Of a stretch of DNA of 60,000 nt, positions 47,101 through 56,940 are shown one piece after another. The stretch covers positions 35,714,001-35,774,000 of the forward strand of contig OZ076409.1 in NCBI GenBank assembly GCA_964187785.1. The letters are read 5' to 3'. Made by a program: the position numbers and the translations under genes. How positions within the stretch are numbered: position 1 is the first letter of the stretch; each line of letters opens with the position of its first letter. Source of the DNA: Amphiscolops sp. MND2022 (taxonomy: Eukaryota). The notes under the pieces are model-generated. The model was not told where the DNA came from. It searched no databases and worked only from the letters and a program-made list of their open reading frames with translations.

Positions 47101-47552
47101 ATTGACCGAAGCATTTCACGTAACATGCAAAACTTTACAAAACCGGTATTAAAGGAAATACCCGCTATATAACAGAAAATTTTATTCACCTTTCTCAGCT
47201 AAAACATACTTGGTTAAAAAAATCTGACACAGTTCAAGACTTGCGTAACATCAAAAAAGCAAGAAAAATAACCTCTCAACCAGCTAATTTCTTCATCCTT
47301 GTCTTTATCGTTCTTCAGTTGTCTCAGCTTTTCGGCTGCCCTGCTTTGACACTTGACGTCACCTTCCTTACATGGAAGATGTTCATTCAGGCCATTTTTT
47401 AGAGGTTTAACTCCGTCTACAGCGGCATCGTAAGAAACCATGGGCGACACTTTGCCAGAAAAATTTGCACTGTATATTGCACACATAACAACTATATACA
47501 AAATACCCGCGACAACGAGCACTTTCACAAAGGCCTTTTGGTTAGCCTTCAT
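26000..47552 (-). CDS. GALNT: Polypeptide N-acetylgalactosaminyltransferase (GT27, GALNT1/13-like), 609 aa with exon 5A or 605 aa with exon 5B
   Basis: Exons 47552-47273, 46824-46644, 46345-46176, 45262-45052, [33104-32934 or 31343-31185], 30204-30087, 28994-28814, 27459-27224, 26511-26374, 26143-26000. TM anchor, [19 protein letters not shown], DxH (FLDAH), [31 protein letters not shown], ricin-type lectin (CLD...CHSQGGNQ). All phases consistent. Confidence 0.93.
26374..26511 (-). CDS. GALNT: GALNT exon 9 (lectin)
   Basis: [17 protein letters not shown]...KCQH...EWTQDPE; phases 0 to 0. Confidence 0.88.
27224..27459 (-). CDS. GALNT: GALNT exon 8 (end of catalytic domain, linker, lectin alpha)
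   Basis: [27 protein letters not shown]...CLD...CHSQGGNQ; phases 1 to 0. Confidence 0.93.
28814..28994 (-). CDS. GALNT: GALNT exon 7
   Basis: VWLCGG...[15 protein letters not shown]...[11 protein letters not shown]; phases 0 to 1. Confidence 0.93.
30087..30204 (-). CDS. GALNT: GALNT exon 6
   Basis: [11 protein letters not shown]...[11 protein letters not shown]; phases 2 to 0. Confidence 0.93.
31185..31343 (-). CDS. GALNT: GALNT exon 5B (divergent paralogous alternative exon)
   Basis: 159 nt, ttgttctag|...AA|gttagt, phase 2-2, no stops; [52 protein letters not shown]. Confidence 0.85.
32934..33104 (-). CDS. GALNT: GALNT exon 5A (canonical-like alternative exon)
   Basis: 171 nt, catag|...AG|gtcaga, phase 2-2; [56 protein letters not shown]. 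Confidence 0.92.
33628..34374. mobile_element. Tc1/mariner-type palindromic MITE (747 bp)
   Basis: TA|CAGTAGCGTTCTAAAATATCGCAAC...GTTGCGATATTTTAGAACGCTACTG|TA; inverted similarity extends a few hundred bp inward. Confidence 0.88.
35615..36504. mobile_element. Foldback/MITE element with long imperfect inverted repeats
   Basis: 35615-35893 is inverted at 36018-36203 plus 36408-36504. Confidence 0.7.
36505..37030 (-). mobile_element. Helentron-like element, family 4
   Basis: Colinear with 16318-16915, including the GGCCCC/GGGGC hairpin and TTCCTGCTAAAGCAGAAAT end. Confidence 0.6.
37745..40743. repeat. Tandem array of three ~984-bp units plus a short partial fourth
   Basis: Unit starts 37745, 38729, 39712, 40697; identical ORFs at 38631 and 39614; each unit is a family-1 element plus a spacer containing a MITE fragment. 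Confidence 0.95.
40949..41060. repeat. Minisatellite 4 x 28 bp (TAAAGATAGCTCTACGTTGTATATATAT)
   Basis: Four perfect head-to-tail copies, no spacers. Confidence 0.95.
41120..41190 (+). pseudogene. tRNA-derived Pol III cassette (Ala-TGC-like loop; degenerate)
   Basis: A box TGGCACAGTGG and B box GGTTCGAATCT at tRNA spacing, followed by TTTT; cloverleaf stems poor. Confidence 0.6.
41743..42197 (-). mobile_element. Helentron-like element, family 4 (diverged copy)
   Basis: GGCCCCTGCGGGGC...ATATTTCTGCTT start; body similar to 36505-37030. Confidence 0.55.
42320..43245. repeat. Composite repeat, permuted copy of 37268-38170; includes family-1 element 42573-43007
   Basis: 42320-43005 matches 37490-38170; 43030-43245 matches 37272-37485. 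Confidence 0.8.
45052..45262 (-). CDS. GALNT: GALNT exon 4 (DxH motif)
   Basis: GLIRGRLKG...[19 protein letters not shown]; phases 1 to 2. Confidence 0.93.
46176..46345 (-). CDS. GALNT: GALNT exon 3
   Basis: [21 protein letters not shown]...EIILIDDAS; |gtaagt donor; phases 2 to 1. Confidence 0.93.
46644..46824 (-). CDS. GALNT: GALNT exon 2
   Basis: [10 protein letters not shown]...[21 protein letters not shown]; phases 1 to 2. Confidence 0.9.
47273..47552 (-). CDS. GALNT: GALNT exon 1 (cytoplasmic tail, TM helix, stem); may extend 5' to acceptor at 47606
   Basis: [28 protein letters not shown]...; donor G|gttatt, phase 1. Confidence 0.8.
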
Positions 47553-47949
47553 CCCTGGAGGCTCGGTGGCGACCTGGGAAGTAGGACGCACCCGAATGAG
47601 CTGCTGCTAACGGAGAAACATAAACAGCAGCTTGTGGCGCTTCTAGTAGTCACACAACACAGGAACGGGACGATATCATAGATTAACTGAAAAAAACTTC
47701 CATCAGTACAATAGGGTTTTCGATAATTTGATCAAATAAGAAGTTTTGAAAATATTGAATTCCGTTTTGTACTTATAAATCAATTTCTAATTTGTTTTTA
47801 TGATTGTAACAAGTGAAATCAACTACTTATCATTTTTGTACATCAAATTAAAAATCATACCAAAAATAAATATACTGATTTGACTGTAAAATGATTGTAT
47901 CATGGTTACGCTTTATATTATATTCCTTGATATAATTTCAGTACAATAT

Positions 47950-49944
47950 TCACAATTTACTTGGCAGTTCATAGATGGGTTTTATATATTTCTTGAATAC
48001 ACCCTGGACGAATTCCGGGTCATTAGTCTGCGATTTTCTAGCCCATCTCATTAATCGTTCATACACTTGACCATCCCTAGCACCAAGAGTGGAATTGATA
48101 CAGACCTCGGGTAAGCCGTAGCCTTCGGCCAAAGGCAAGATATGTGGTCTCAATTTCTGATAGAGGAAAAGTATGCTGTCCATCACGAATCCTGCTTGTA
48201 TTTTATTGAAGAACCCACTCAAAACGAATTCGCCCAAACTCTCACGAATCCCTAAAAGACAGTACAGCAAACAAACTTGAGTAAGATAACCTTTCAGTTG
48301 TGCTGACATCGTGTTCGAATCCAGAGTAAACACAAAGCTTGACACGACATACAAATGAGAATTAGCGACGCTAGCGGCGACCAACTCAGGGCCAGAGTTG
48401 ACCCAAGCAGTTTCCTGGGTCATTCCTTGTTCGATCATGAAACGTCGCATCCGTGAAAACACTTGGTCCAACACTGATCGGGCTCTTTGCTCGTATGCGT
48501 CGATCATGACATCCAGACTCAAAAGATCTTCAGCCTTCTCAGCTCCACATGTAACCGACGGTCTATCCAAATATTCCATAAACCCACTTTCTTGGTGTTG
48601 GTTCATCGACTTCTTCATAAGGCACTTCAAAAGGTTTCTGGCACTTTGCAAATGCATAACAACATTGTCACCCTCATATGTCGACATAGCTTCTGCTTCA
48701 CTGATAAGATTGGGCAAATTACTGCTCAATGAGAAGCCATGACCACCGCATGCACTACGCAAAACGGTGAGTCTCTTTAATGCCTCGGAGCTAGAGAAGG
48801 CCTTTAACCCCGACAGCAGATAATGTAACTGGGTAAGACTTTCCACTTCTTCAGATCCAAGGCGGCTCTGAACATCTTCATATTGAATCTTCAATCTCTT
48901 ATAACAAGACTGTAGTGCATAGGCAGAGCAAATGGCAGGGAAAATCTTGTCCTGTTGAGTGACGTAATCTATTATTCTGACTTCGCCATCTCCGGGTTTG
49001 AGTTCACATTGCCTGCGGAATATGCTGTACCTCGTAGCAATTACCGCTCCAATCGACGTGATCATGGCGGCGAATGGAACAATTTCGAATCGAATTTTCA
49101 TCATTGATGCGAACTGTAACTTCTGATTGCCAGTGCTAATGTATGTTCCATCCTTTTCAACACTTTGATAGCGCATTAACATATTCTCGCGTGGAATGCG
49201 GACATCTTTGAATCCCACAAAACCATTGTCTCGATCGTGCATCCAAAATGTTTCTCCAATATAACCGATATCTATTCCAGGAAGAGGCTTGTAGGTTTGC
49301 AAACAACGCAGAGGAACAATAAACAAATGGGGACCGTAGTTTTTGCCATCAGTGTGCAACTGAGCCATAGTCAATGCATGACTGGCACTCTTGCCCAGTG
49401 TTGCTGGCCAAAACTTGTAGCCGGACAGACCATTAGAGTTGATGATGAACTCCTCGGTTGACGAGTCATAAGTGGCCGTCGTTTCCAACTTACTAAGCCA
49501 TGTTCCATGGCCAAGTTCAGTTTGGGCATAAGTCGGGATGGCACGAATGTTTCTGAACATTGTTCCCCACTTTTCAAATTGCTCCTCCGTTCCAAGCTTT
49601 TCGATAGCAGGAAGAATCATCGCATAGAGTAGTGTGATTAAAGGGGACTTCAAAAGAAACATGAAAAGATAAGCAAACTCTGGGTCATTCACAGTATCAA
49701 TGTCGCCAGATTTCAGCAGACGTGCCATTTTGTTGAATCTTACAGCCATCATTTTGTACTTTTCTCGTGACGACAATTGAAGATAGTCCTGATCGGAAGG
49801 GTCAATCAACTGAGGATTTTCCTGCAGAATTTCATCAAGTCGCGTAATGAAAGAACCATAATTGGGATGAAGAAAAGTTTGTAACTCTTCACTGGGAAAA
49901 TTCGATTTTCTTCTTTCGTTCTTCAATTCCAGAGAATCCGACAT
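47950..49944 (-). CDS. ACOX1: Peroxisomal acyl-CoA oxidase (ACOX1-like), uninterrupted 664-aa ORF with PTS1
   Basis: YAQTELGHG, LETTATYD, GPHLFIVPLR, DNG, RIPRENML, IATRYS..RRQ, RSACGGHG, catalytic TYEGDN, C-terminal SKL. Confidence 0.93.
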   Translation of the reverse strand: MSDSLELKNERRKSNFPSEELQTFLHPNYGSFITRLDEILQENPQLIDPSDQDYLQLSSREKYKMMAVRFNKMARLLKSGDIDTVNDPEFAYLFMFLLKSPLITLLYAMILPAIEKLGTEEQFEKWGTMFRNIRAIPTYAQTELGHGTWLSKLETTATYDSSTEEFIINSNGLSGYKFWPATLGKSASHALTMAQLHTDGKNYGPHLFIVPLRCLQTYKPLPGIDIGYIGETFWMHDRDNGFVGFKDVRIPRENMLMRYQSVEKDGTYISTGNQKLQFASMMKIRFEIVPFAAMITSIGAVIATRYSIFRRQCELKPGDGEVRIIDYVTQQDKIFPAICSAYALQSCYKRLKIQYEDVQSRLGSEEVESLTQLHYLLSGLKAFSSSEALKRLTVLRSACGGHGFSLSSNLPNLISEAEAMSTYEGDNVVMHLQSARNLLKCLMKKSMNQHQESGFMEYLDRPSVTCGAEKAEDLLSLDVMIDAYEQRARSVLDQVFSRMRRFMIEQGMTQETAWVNSGPELVAASVANSHLYVVSSFVFTLDSNTMSAQLKGYLTQVCLLYCLLGIRESLGEFVLSGFFNKIQAGFVMDSILFLYQKLRPHILPLAEGYGLPEVCINSTLGARDGQVYERLMRWARKSQTNDPEFVQGVFKKYIKPIYELPSKL

Positions 49945-50856
49945 CTTCCCGATTCGTTAACAACCAAAAGAGAAAAACAATGAGAAATTATAGATGATTT
50001 TTCATGAATTTATCTAAAATTCAACGAAGTAAATAGGGAAAATTGGAAATGACTATAGTCGTATATTGTTTTTGAGACTTGCCAATGGTTTCTAGCCTGA
50101 TGTCAAGCAAATATTCAGTTGCATAGGCAACAATCCCGTTTTCCTCTCTCAGAAGATCGCTGTCAATAATCTTGTGCCAAGTAGGCTATCATGTTAGGGG
50201 GAGATGGCACCCCGCCAGGTCTGCACAAAAGAAACACTAACAGCAAAGAAACAGATATTAGTTGAAAACCTAATACCTGCCAGTCATTATCTCAATAGAC
50301 CGACATAACTTAAGAAACCAAAACAGCCTATGTAGTAGAGCCGCTGTGTCAGTTTGTTTGAACGGCAACAATTTTTTTCTTTAACCTGTCTCAGGCGACA
50401 TAGATCGTCATTAATTTAGTACCGTTTAAGCCATCATGTAAGGAAGATGACACACACCTGTGGTCTGCAACCAAAAGGGAACGAAATAAACGATAAAGCA
50501 TTACTACTGGCAACAATCTTGGTTAGTTATCTTAACCTAGATGGTAAATCTAGGCAAAACCTAGATGCCAAATAAAACAATTGTCGTTATTATGATCTCG
50601 ATTGGTGCAATATATCAAATCATTTATTTAAAAGGTTATTTAAATATCAAAGTAAATAGTTGTCGTGAAAGGTTGTTTTGAAGGTCTTTTGGACTTTGGG
50701 AGGTCTGTAACTGAATCCCAAACCTGGGTTACCGTTTACGACTCCAGGCTCATTTCCGAATTCCATTGCGGTGGAGTTTTAAACGTTGATGCCATCCTGC
50801 TACCATGAAAAGGTGGCTGTTCACATCTATATTAAGCCCCACCAACGAACATAATA

Positions 50857-51030
50857 CAGTAGAACTCGTCTATAATGAACAGCTTTATAATGAATAATTT
50901 TTATAGCGAACAGGTGATAATATCTTTCTAATATCTTTCTATTTTTAAAATGATCCTCATATAATGAACAATTTTTATAATGAGCATATTCAGAAGGCAT
51001 ATTGGTGTTCATTATAAACGAGTTCTACAG
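50857..51030. mobile_element. pogo/Tigger-like MITE (174 bp)
   Basis: TA|CAGTAGAACTCGTCTATAATGAAC...GTTCATTATAAACGAGTTCTACAG|TA. Confidence 0.8.
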
Positions 51031-51599
51031 TAACTATAACAGATCATAAATGCTATATGAACGTACACAATGAAATAACCACAATATATATGATGTACAA
51101 AATGTGATTAGAATGTAATGGGCACTCAATGAGAAGTTGGTCGCAAGATAGCAATGGTGCTCCGAATTGTTTTCCCAAATAACCCACTTCAAGTAACTCA
51201 GCTCCAACTAGGAATGATTCTTTTTTAGAAACACTCATGTTCTCGCCGAAGCTCTTTGACCCTTTGGTCAACAATTCAATAAAAGAAATCGGCGGACCAC
51301 TCTGGCATTCCAGAGAATAGAGATTATTCGGGTGGATCACACAATGCAGTGTCAAAGTAGAACTAGCCACAATTCAAATAACTGTGGGCTAATTGAGTGG
51401 GGTTTCATACCTACTGCTCATCGCAGTAAGTGAATGTTAATCTAATTTTGATAAACCGATAATCTTTCTCAATAAATTGATACCTTAGTTTTCTGGAAAG
51501 CTTTTATAAAAGAAAGAATAAACTTCTCAAGAATTGCCGATAAGGAAGAAATAGGGTTATCTTTCGTGGTAAGGTTACTTTTTCAACAAAACAAGATAC

Positions 51600-51891
51600 T
51601 GTTGACGTGGCAAATTTGGGCATATCGATGACGTACATCAATTTTATTGGCTAATCGTAAAGAGTTTTCCTTAATTTTGCAATAAATGCAATCATCAGTA
51701 ACATATCAGATAGCAAACAACCCATAAAATACAAGGAATAGCGATAATGTATCAGAAAACAGCAATAAACTGGATATTAGGACATTTCTGACGAAATAGT
51801 ATCTATTTTGTAACATTTGAACATCATTTCCAAAAATTCCGATAAAATCTGAAATTCAAAATTTTCGTTTCCGAGAAATATGTTCGCAACA
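51600..51891 (-). mobile_element. 3' LTR (about 292 bp) of BEL/Pao element
   Basis: TGTTG...CAACA ends; preceded on the minus strand by PPT-like AAGGCGGGCGGTGTA (51892-51906); AATAAA about 45 nt before the end. Confidence 0.75.
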
Positions 51892-51969
51892 TACACCGCC
51901 CGCCTTGATTCATTCGAATCAAAATGAGTTTGTGAAGATCAGAGCAGATCAAGATATGGGAGAAGTTTT

Positions 51970-54844
51970 TTAGTCAGAAGGTAGAGGCAGTTTTTTGAGT
52001 TTGTGTACAGCTCTGTTGTAGATGCCAGATTGCGTTCGAACTTTGACAACTCGCACAAAATTGTCAGGACCACTATATACATATGAGATGCGTCCCAACG
52101 GCCACTGTAGAGGCGCCACATTGTCGTCTGTGATGAAGACAACATCACCAACTTTCAAATTGGTAACTTCCTTGCCCCACTTTTTCCTTTCTTGTAAAGA
52201 CGTCACGTATTCTTTGTGCCAACGCTTCCAGAAATGTAAGAGCACGTTTTGAATATGCGCCCATCTAGCTGTTGAAGTACAATTGGCAATATCGTTTTTC
52301 CTTTGAGATTCTATTGTCGGGAAAGTTTCGAGTTTCGTTCCGCATATTAAGTGCGCAGGCGTTAAAATTTCACCGTCTTTTGGATCTTCGGAAAGAACAC
52401 CAATCGGACGCGAATTCAAAATGCTCTCAACCTGACAAAATAAAGTTGTCAGTTCTTCAAAGTTAGGACGTGATTTCCCATTGTGCGCCTTAAATGATGT
52501 TTCGCGCTTTTTATACCAGCCTCCCACAAGCCTCCAAAATGAGGGGCATTAGGAGGTATAAAATTCCATTCAATTAAAAGGCCAGCCGCTGCTGCCTGCA
52601 GAGAATCTTGGTATTTTGTGTTTAGGATTTTCTGCAACTTTTCAAGTTCAGATTGTGAACCAGTAAAGTTTGTGGCATTATCTGAGTACATTTTCCTGGG
52701 ACAACCCCTTCGTGACGTGAAACGTCGTAGTGCCGCAATACAAGCATTTGTTGTTAGGTCTGACACAAGCTCCAAATGTATGGCCTTACTTGCAAAGCAG
52801 ACAAATAACGCTAGATAGGCCTTGTTGTTTTCCGATCCGGACACTTTTAAGTAAAAAGGACCACCGAAATCTAATCCTACGTCCTAAAAAGCTCTAGTCG
52901 GTATACTTATTCGTTCTTTTGGTAAGTCACCCATTTGCGGTTCCTCCTTGTTACCAATAAAACGCGAACATGTCGCGCAATTCAGAATCAATTTTCGCAC
53001 TTGATTTCTGCAACCTGGAATCCAGAAACGAGTTCTTCTTTGCGCAATAGTTTGTGTGGCTCCTCCGTGTAAAGTGGAGTGATGAGCGTCTAAGATGACC
53101 AGTCTGGCTAATTCGCTTTTCTCAGGAATCAGTCTTGGATACTTAGTTTCGTCTGGAAGGTCAGCTTGAGCTAACCGGCCACCCACACACATAATACCTT
53201 CATGCAGGAACGGATAAAGTTTACTCAGTTTGCTCTGCGGCTTCACTTGTGTCTCTGTCTCAAGTGTTTTAATTTCAGTAGAGAAAAACTTGTACTGCTC
53301 CTGGCGTAGTAAGGTTTCTAAAGCTTCTTGCATCTCGATTGGCGTTGGAAAATTACTACAATTTGTTTTCTTGCGTTTACACTTATCAATGAATCGCCTA
53401 ATTTGGACTACTATCCGAAGCGTTTTTCGGAAAGAATTTTGCTCACGTAAGTTGATTACATCACCGCTGTGATCTTTTGGTTCTTGAAATTGCGTTGCAA
53501 AGGTTCGAATTGTCCTAGCGCAGTGTTTCTTTTCTTCACTTGTGCCTTGCGGCGAAAACGGTTCGGGAAAGTTTTCTGTAGTCAGCCATTGAGGGCCTGA
53601 CCACCACAAGGAACAATTTTTTAATTTCGATGGATCAATACCTCTTGACGCAATGTCAGCTGGGTTGTCATGCGTACCTACGTGATTCCATTCCAGGAAG
53701 TCAATTTCTTGAATTTTTGCAACTCGGTTGGCTACAAACGTTGACCAGCAGTTGGCTTCAGCCGCCAGCCAGCTTAACACTATTGTTGAGTCCGTCCAGG
53801 CGTAAAACCGTTCAATGCGTAAACTCAGTTTGCTCAGACTTTCTGAGACTGCTTTCATTAACTTACAACCTAGCAGTGCTGCACACAGTTCTAAACGAGG
53901 AATTGACTGTGCTTTTAAAGGGGCAACTTTTGCTTTGGCAGATAACAGAGTTGCTCTCCGCCCGCCCTTTTCATCTGCAGCTACTACATAAATGCAAGCG
54001 CCATAACCAGTCTCTGGCGCGTCACAGAAGACATGCATTGCAACCAAATCTGTTTGCTTCTCCTTGAGAACGAACCTGCTAAGTTTTATTTCTCTCAGAT
54101 CTGTCAGTTTTGATCTCCATTCCAAGTAGTTTTCTGCTAAGTTGTCGGGAAGATTGTCATCCCAATCCAACTTGGCAACCCAAATTTCTTGCATCAAGCT
54201 TTTCAACTTGATGCTTATTGGCGACAGCCAGCCTAGTGGGTCAAAAATTTTCGCTATGTCACTCAAAACCTGCCGTTTTGTAAGTGCCTTTGCTGGAATT
54301 GCTTCGTTAATTTGTTTTACTTTGAAATGAAATACGTCAAATTTCGGATTCCACACGATCCCCAATGTTTTGATGGTGTGTGTGTCTTGGAGGAATTCGA
54401 GGTTTTCGTTCGCCTCTCGATATTCTGGAGGTAAAGACAACGTGACTAGCGGTTCGCTACACGTCCACTTCCTCAAATCGAATTGTCCCTTTTTCAAAGT
54501 GTTGATCAGGCTTGTCTGGAGTTGTTTAGCTTCCTCTTCACTAGGTGCTCCTGTTAGAATGTCATCGACATAAAAATCCCTTAGGTTTGCCTTAGACGTT
54601 TCGCTTGGAGTGTCATCAGCCTTTGCACATTCTGATAATGAACGGATTGAATGGTAGGAAGAGCTTGCTACGCCATACGGTACTCTTGTCATACGGTACG
54701 TGTGAACGTTTTCTTTTGGACTGAACCACCATAGAAGTCTATGGTAATCGCGAGGTTTTTTGTTGAGCTTGACTTGTCGATACATTTTAGCTACATCTGC
54801 ACTCATCACGATTTTAGAGAAGCGAAATTGAATCAACGTATTAA
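51970..54844 (-). pseudogene. pol: BEL/Pao retrotransposon pol (RT-RNaseH-integrase), disrupted and interrupted at its 5' side
   Basis: ADVAKMYRQV, FYVDD, IFDPLGWLSP, HVFCDA, SIPRLELCAA, AWTDS, NPADIASRG, HHCC zinc finger, integrase LDFGGP / SDNATNF / GGLWE, WPLGRI. In-frame TAG at 52884 and frameshift near 52460. Confidence 0.95.
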
Positions 54845-55359
54845 CCCATGCCCTCGGATTCCGAAAAACGCCGATTTTCGTGGCGTGGATTCCGCAAAAT
54901 CAGTGCTAAATTGCCAATTTTGCACGCTTTAAGACATGTCTGCGGAATCGGAGGGCCTACACGCACAGAAATGTGTCTGTAGCGATTTAGCTTGCAGATG
55001 CACAGTAATGTGCAGCTTGCATCGTATCGACACCTTCCTCACCTTTTTGACAATCCCCCTGTGTAACATTCTGGTGGAAACCTTTCGATCTTGTATTTTT
55101 CGAAAAAGAACCTCGGAAGTCTTCTCTTTGGCTATTCTTCCAAATATTTTAATGTATTAAGTTATAATGCATTATTACGTTACAAGTTATAGAGAGAACA
55201 TAAAAAATAATTAGGTCTATGTATATCAACAATGTTTTCCTTTGCATATCAGGATTATGTTGAAACTATTCTAATTATCACCAACAATTGAGTTTCGATG
55301 TTTATCATGTTTTTAGATGCAAATTAATGCAAAATAATTCTAAGTTCAAAGCTGTGTGC

Positions 55360-56940
55360 AAAATTTTTTTTCTGGCGCGTCCTAATTTTCTGTGTAATTA
55401 CATCTGGACGCTTTGAATAGCCTCCGATTGGCTTACAGCTCAGCACTGGCTGTGCTTGAGCAAACCTTTACAATGGAAATCACTTTTTGGGCGGTCTAGT
55501 ATTTTTGATTACGCATTCAAGAGTATCTTGAAAATTATTTCATTCGGTGGCTGTCCAATGCTGTATGGTCGTCACAATGCACGATTCCTCTCCTCCAAGG
55601 GTGAACAGATACCGTGTATCATGTCTCCTGGGAAGGATTTAGGATAGGTGCAGGCAGCGCAAACTCTAATCACACCCACCAGAAAGGTTGTTTTCAGAGG
55701 TATGCGTTGCCATAGTGCCTCCAATATAAAAAACTTAACTGTTGGCTACAATAACAACATCATCCAACCTCTTAACGGATCTTAACACTGGCTATTCTAA
55801 CTGCAAGTGGTTCGAAAATGAATTTGATCATAACGTCTATGTAATAGGTGCACAACTAATTAAATGAACTTTGAATTGAGTCTAGCAATTGATTATAAAG
55901 AGGGACGATCGTGTCGGGTGCGAAACACCCCAAAACGAGAAAGACTGAGTCATCCAATTTTTTGCTTGCGCTTTTTAACTGTTTGGAATCGCCCTCTAAG
56001 CGAATAACATTGGATTCAACTTGCGATAGAGGCGAATTGAGTAACTCAAATGCAGCTAGTTTTGCTGCCCTTGTATGATCGTATTGTTGCTTTCCAATTT
56101 CAAGTCTTTTTCCATTCAAACTTGGTTGTCTTTAGAATACAATTATGGAGCAACTTTTGCGCTGCATGATGCGCGTAGAAGAGGAGATTAAATTATCAAG
56201 AAGTGCGCATAGTAATCACGAAAGTCGTTGGCACAACTTCAAAGATTTTGTTTCAATAGCTATCCTCAATGAAAGTGGTCCGAGAATAAATTTGATCATA
56301 ATGTCTATGTAATAGATTCACAAATATTTCTTTGAACTATGAATTGAGTCTAGCAATTGATTCTAAAGAAAGGCGAACCAGTGGGGCGCCAAACACCCCA
56401 AAACGAGAACAACTGAGTCATACATTTTTTTCTGCGCGTTTTAACTTTCCAGTGTAATTACTTCTAGATGCTTAGAGTATCATCCGTTTCGTTTGCAGTG
56501 CAGCACTGGCTGTGCTTGAGCAAACTTTTACAAAAATCATTTTTTGGGTGGTCTATTGTTTTTGATTACACATTCAAGAGTATGTTGGGAAGTATATCAC
56601 TCGGTGGCCTTCCAATGCAGTGCGGTCGTCACAATGCACGATTCCGATTCCTCTCCAGCATGGGTGAACTGATAATTTGTGTCATGTCTCCTGGGAAGGA
56701 TTGAAATTACGTTCTGGCAGCGGAAAATCTAATGAGACGCAGCAGAAGGGCTCTTTTCAGAGGAATGCCTCAAGAGTTTTCTGCAATAATAAAAATCAAA
56801 CTGATTGTTGGCTACGACAACATCAACATTGAACTGGCTATCCTCGCTGCAAGTGGTAGAAAGCTGAAATTTATCATTTGTGGCTAATAGATTCAAAAAT
56901 TTTCGATGATATATGCCTTTAGCAATTGGATTAAAGAAGG
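55360..56940. repeat. Diverged internal tandem repeats (about 470-600 bp units)
   Basis: 55360-55860 resembles 56425-56930; 55805-55965 resembles 56273-56435. Confidence 0.8.

Noticed and set aside
51053..51370. 105-aa minus-strand ORF between the MITE and the BEL LTR
   Set aside because: Non-ATG start, no recognisable domain and no clear splice sites.
48398..54573. Plus-strand ORFs overlapping ACOX and BEL pol
   Set aside because: Antisense shadows of real coding sequence.
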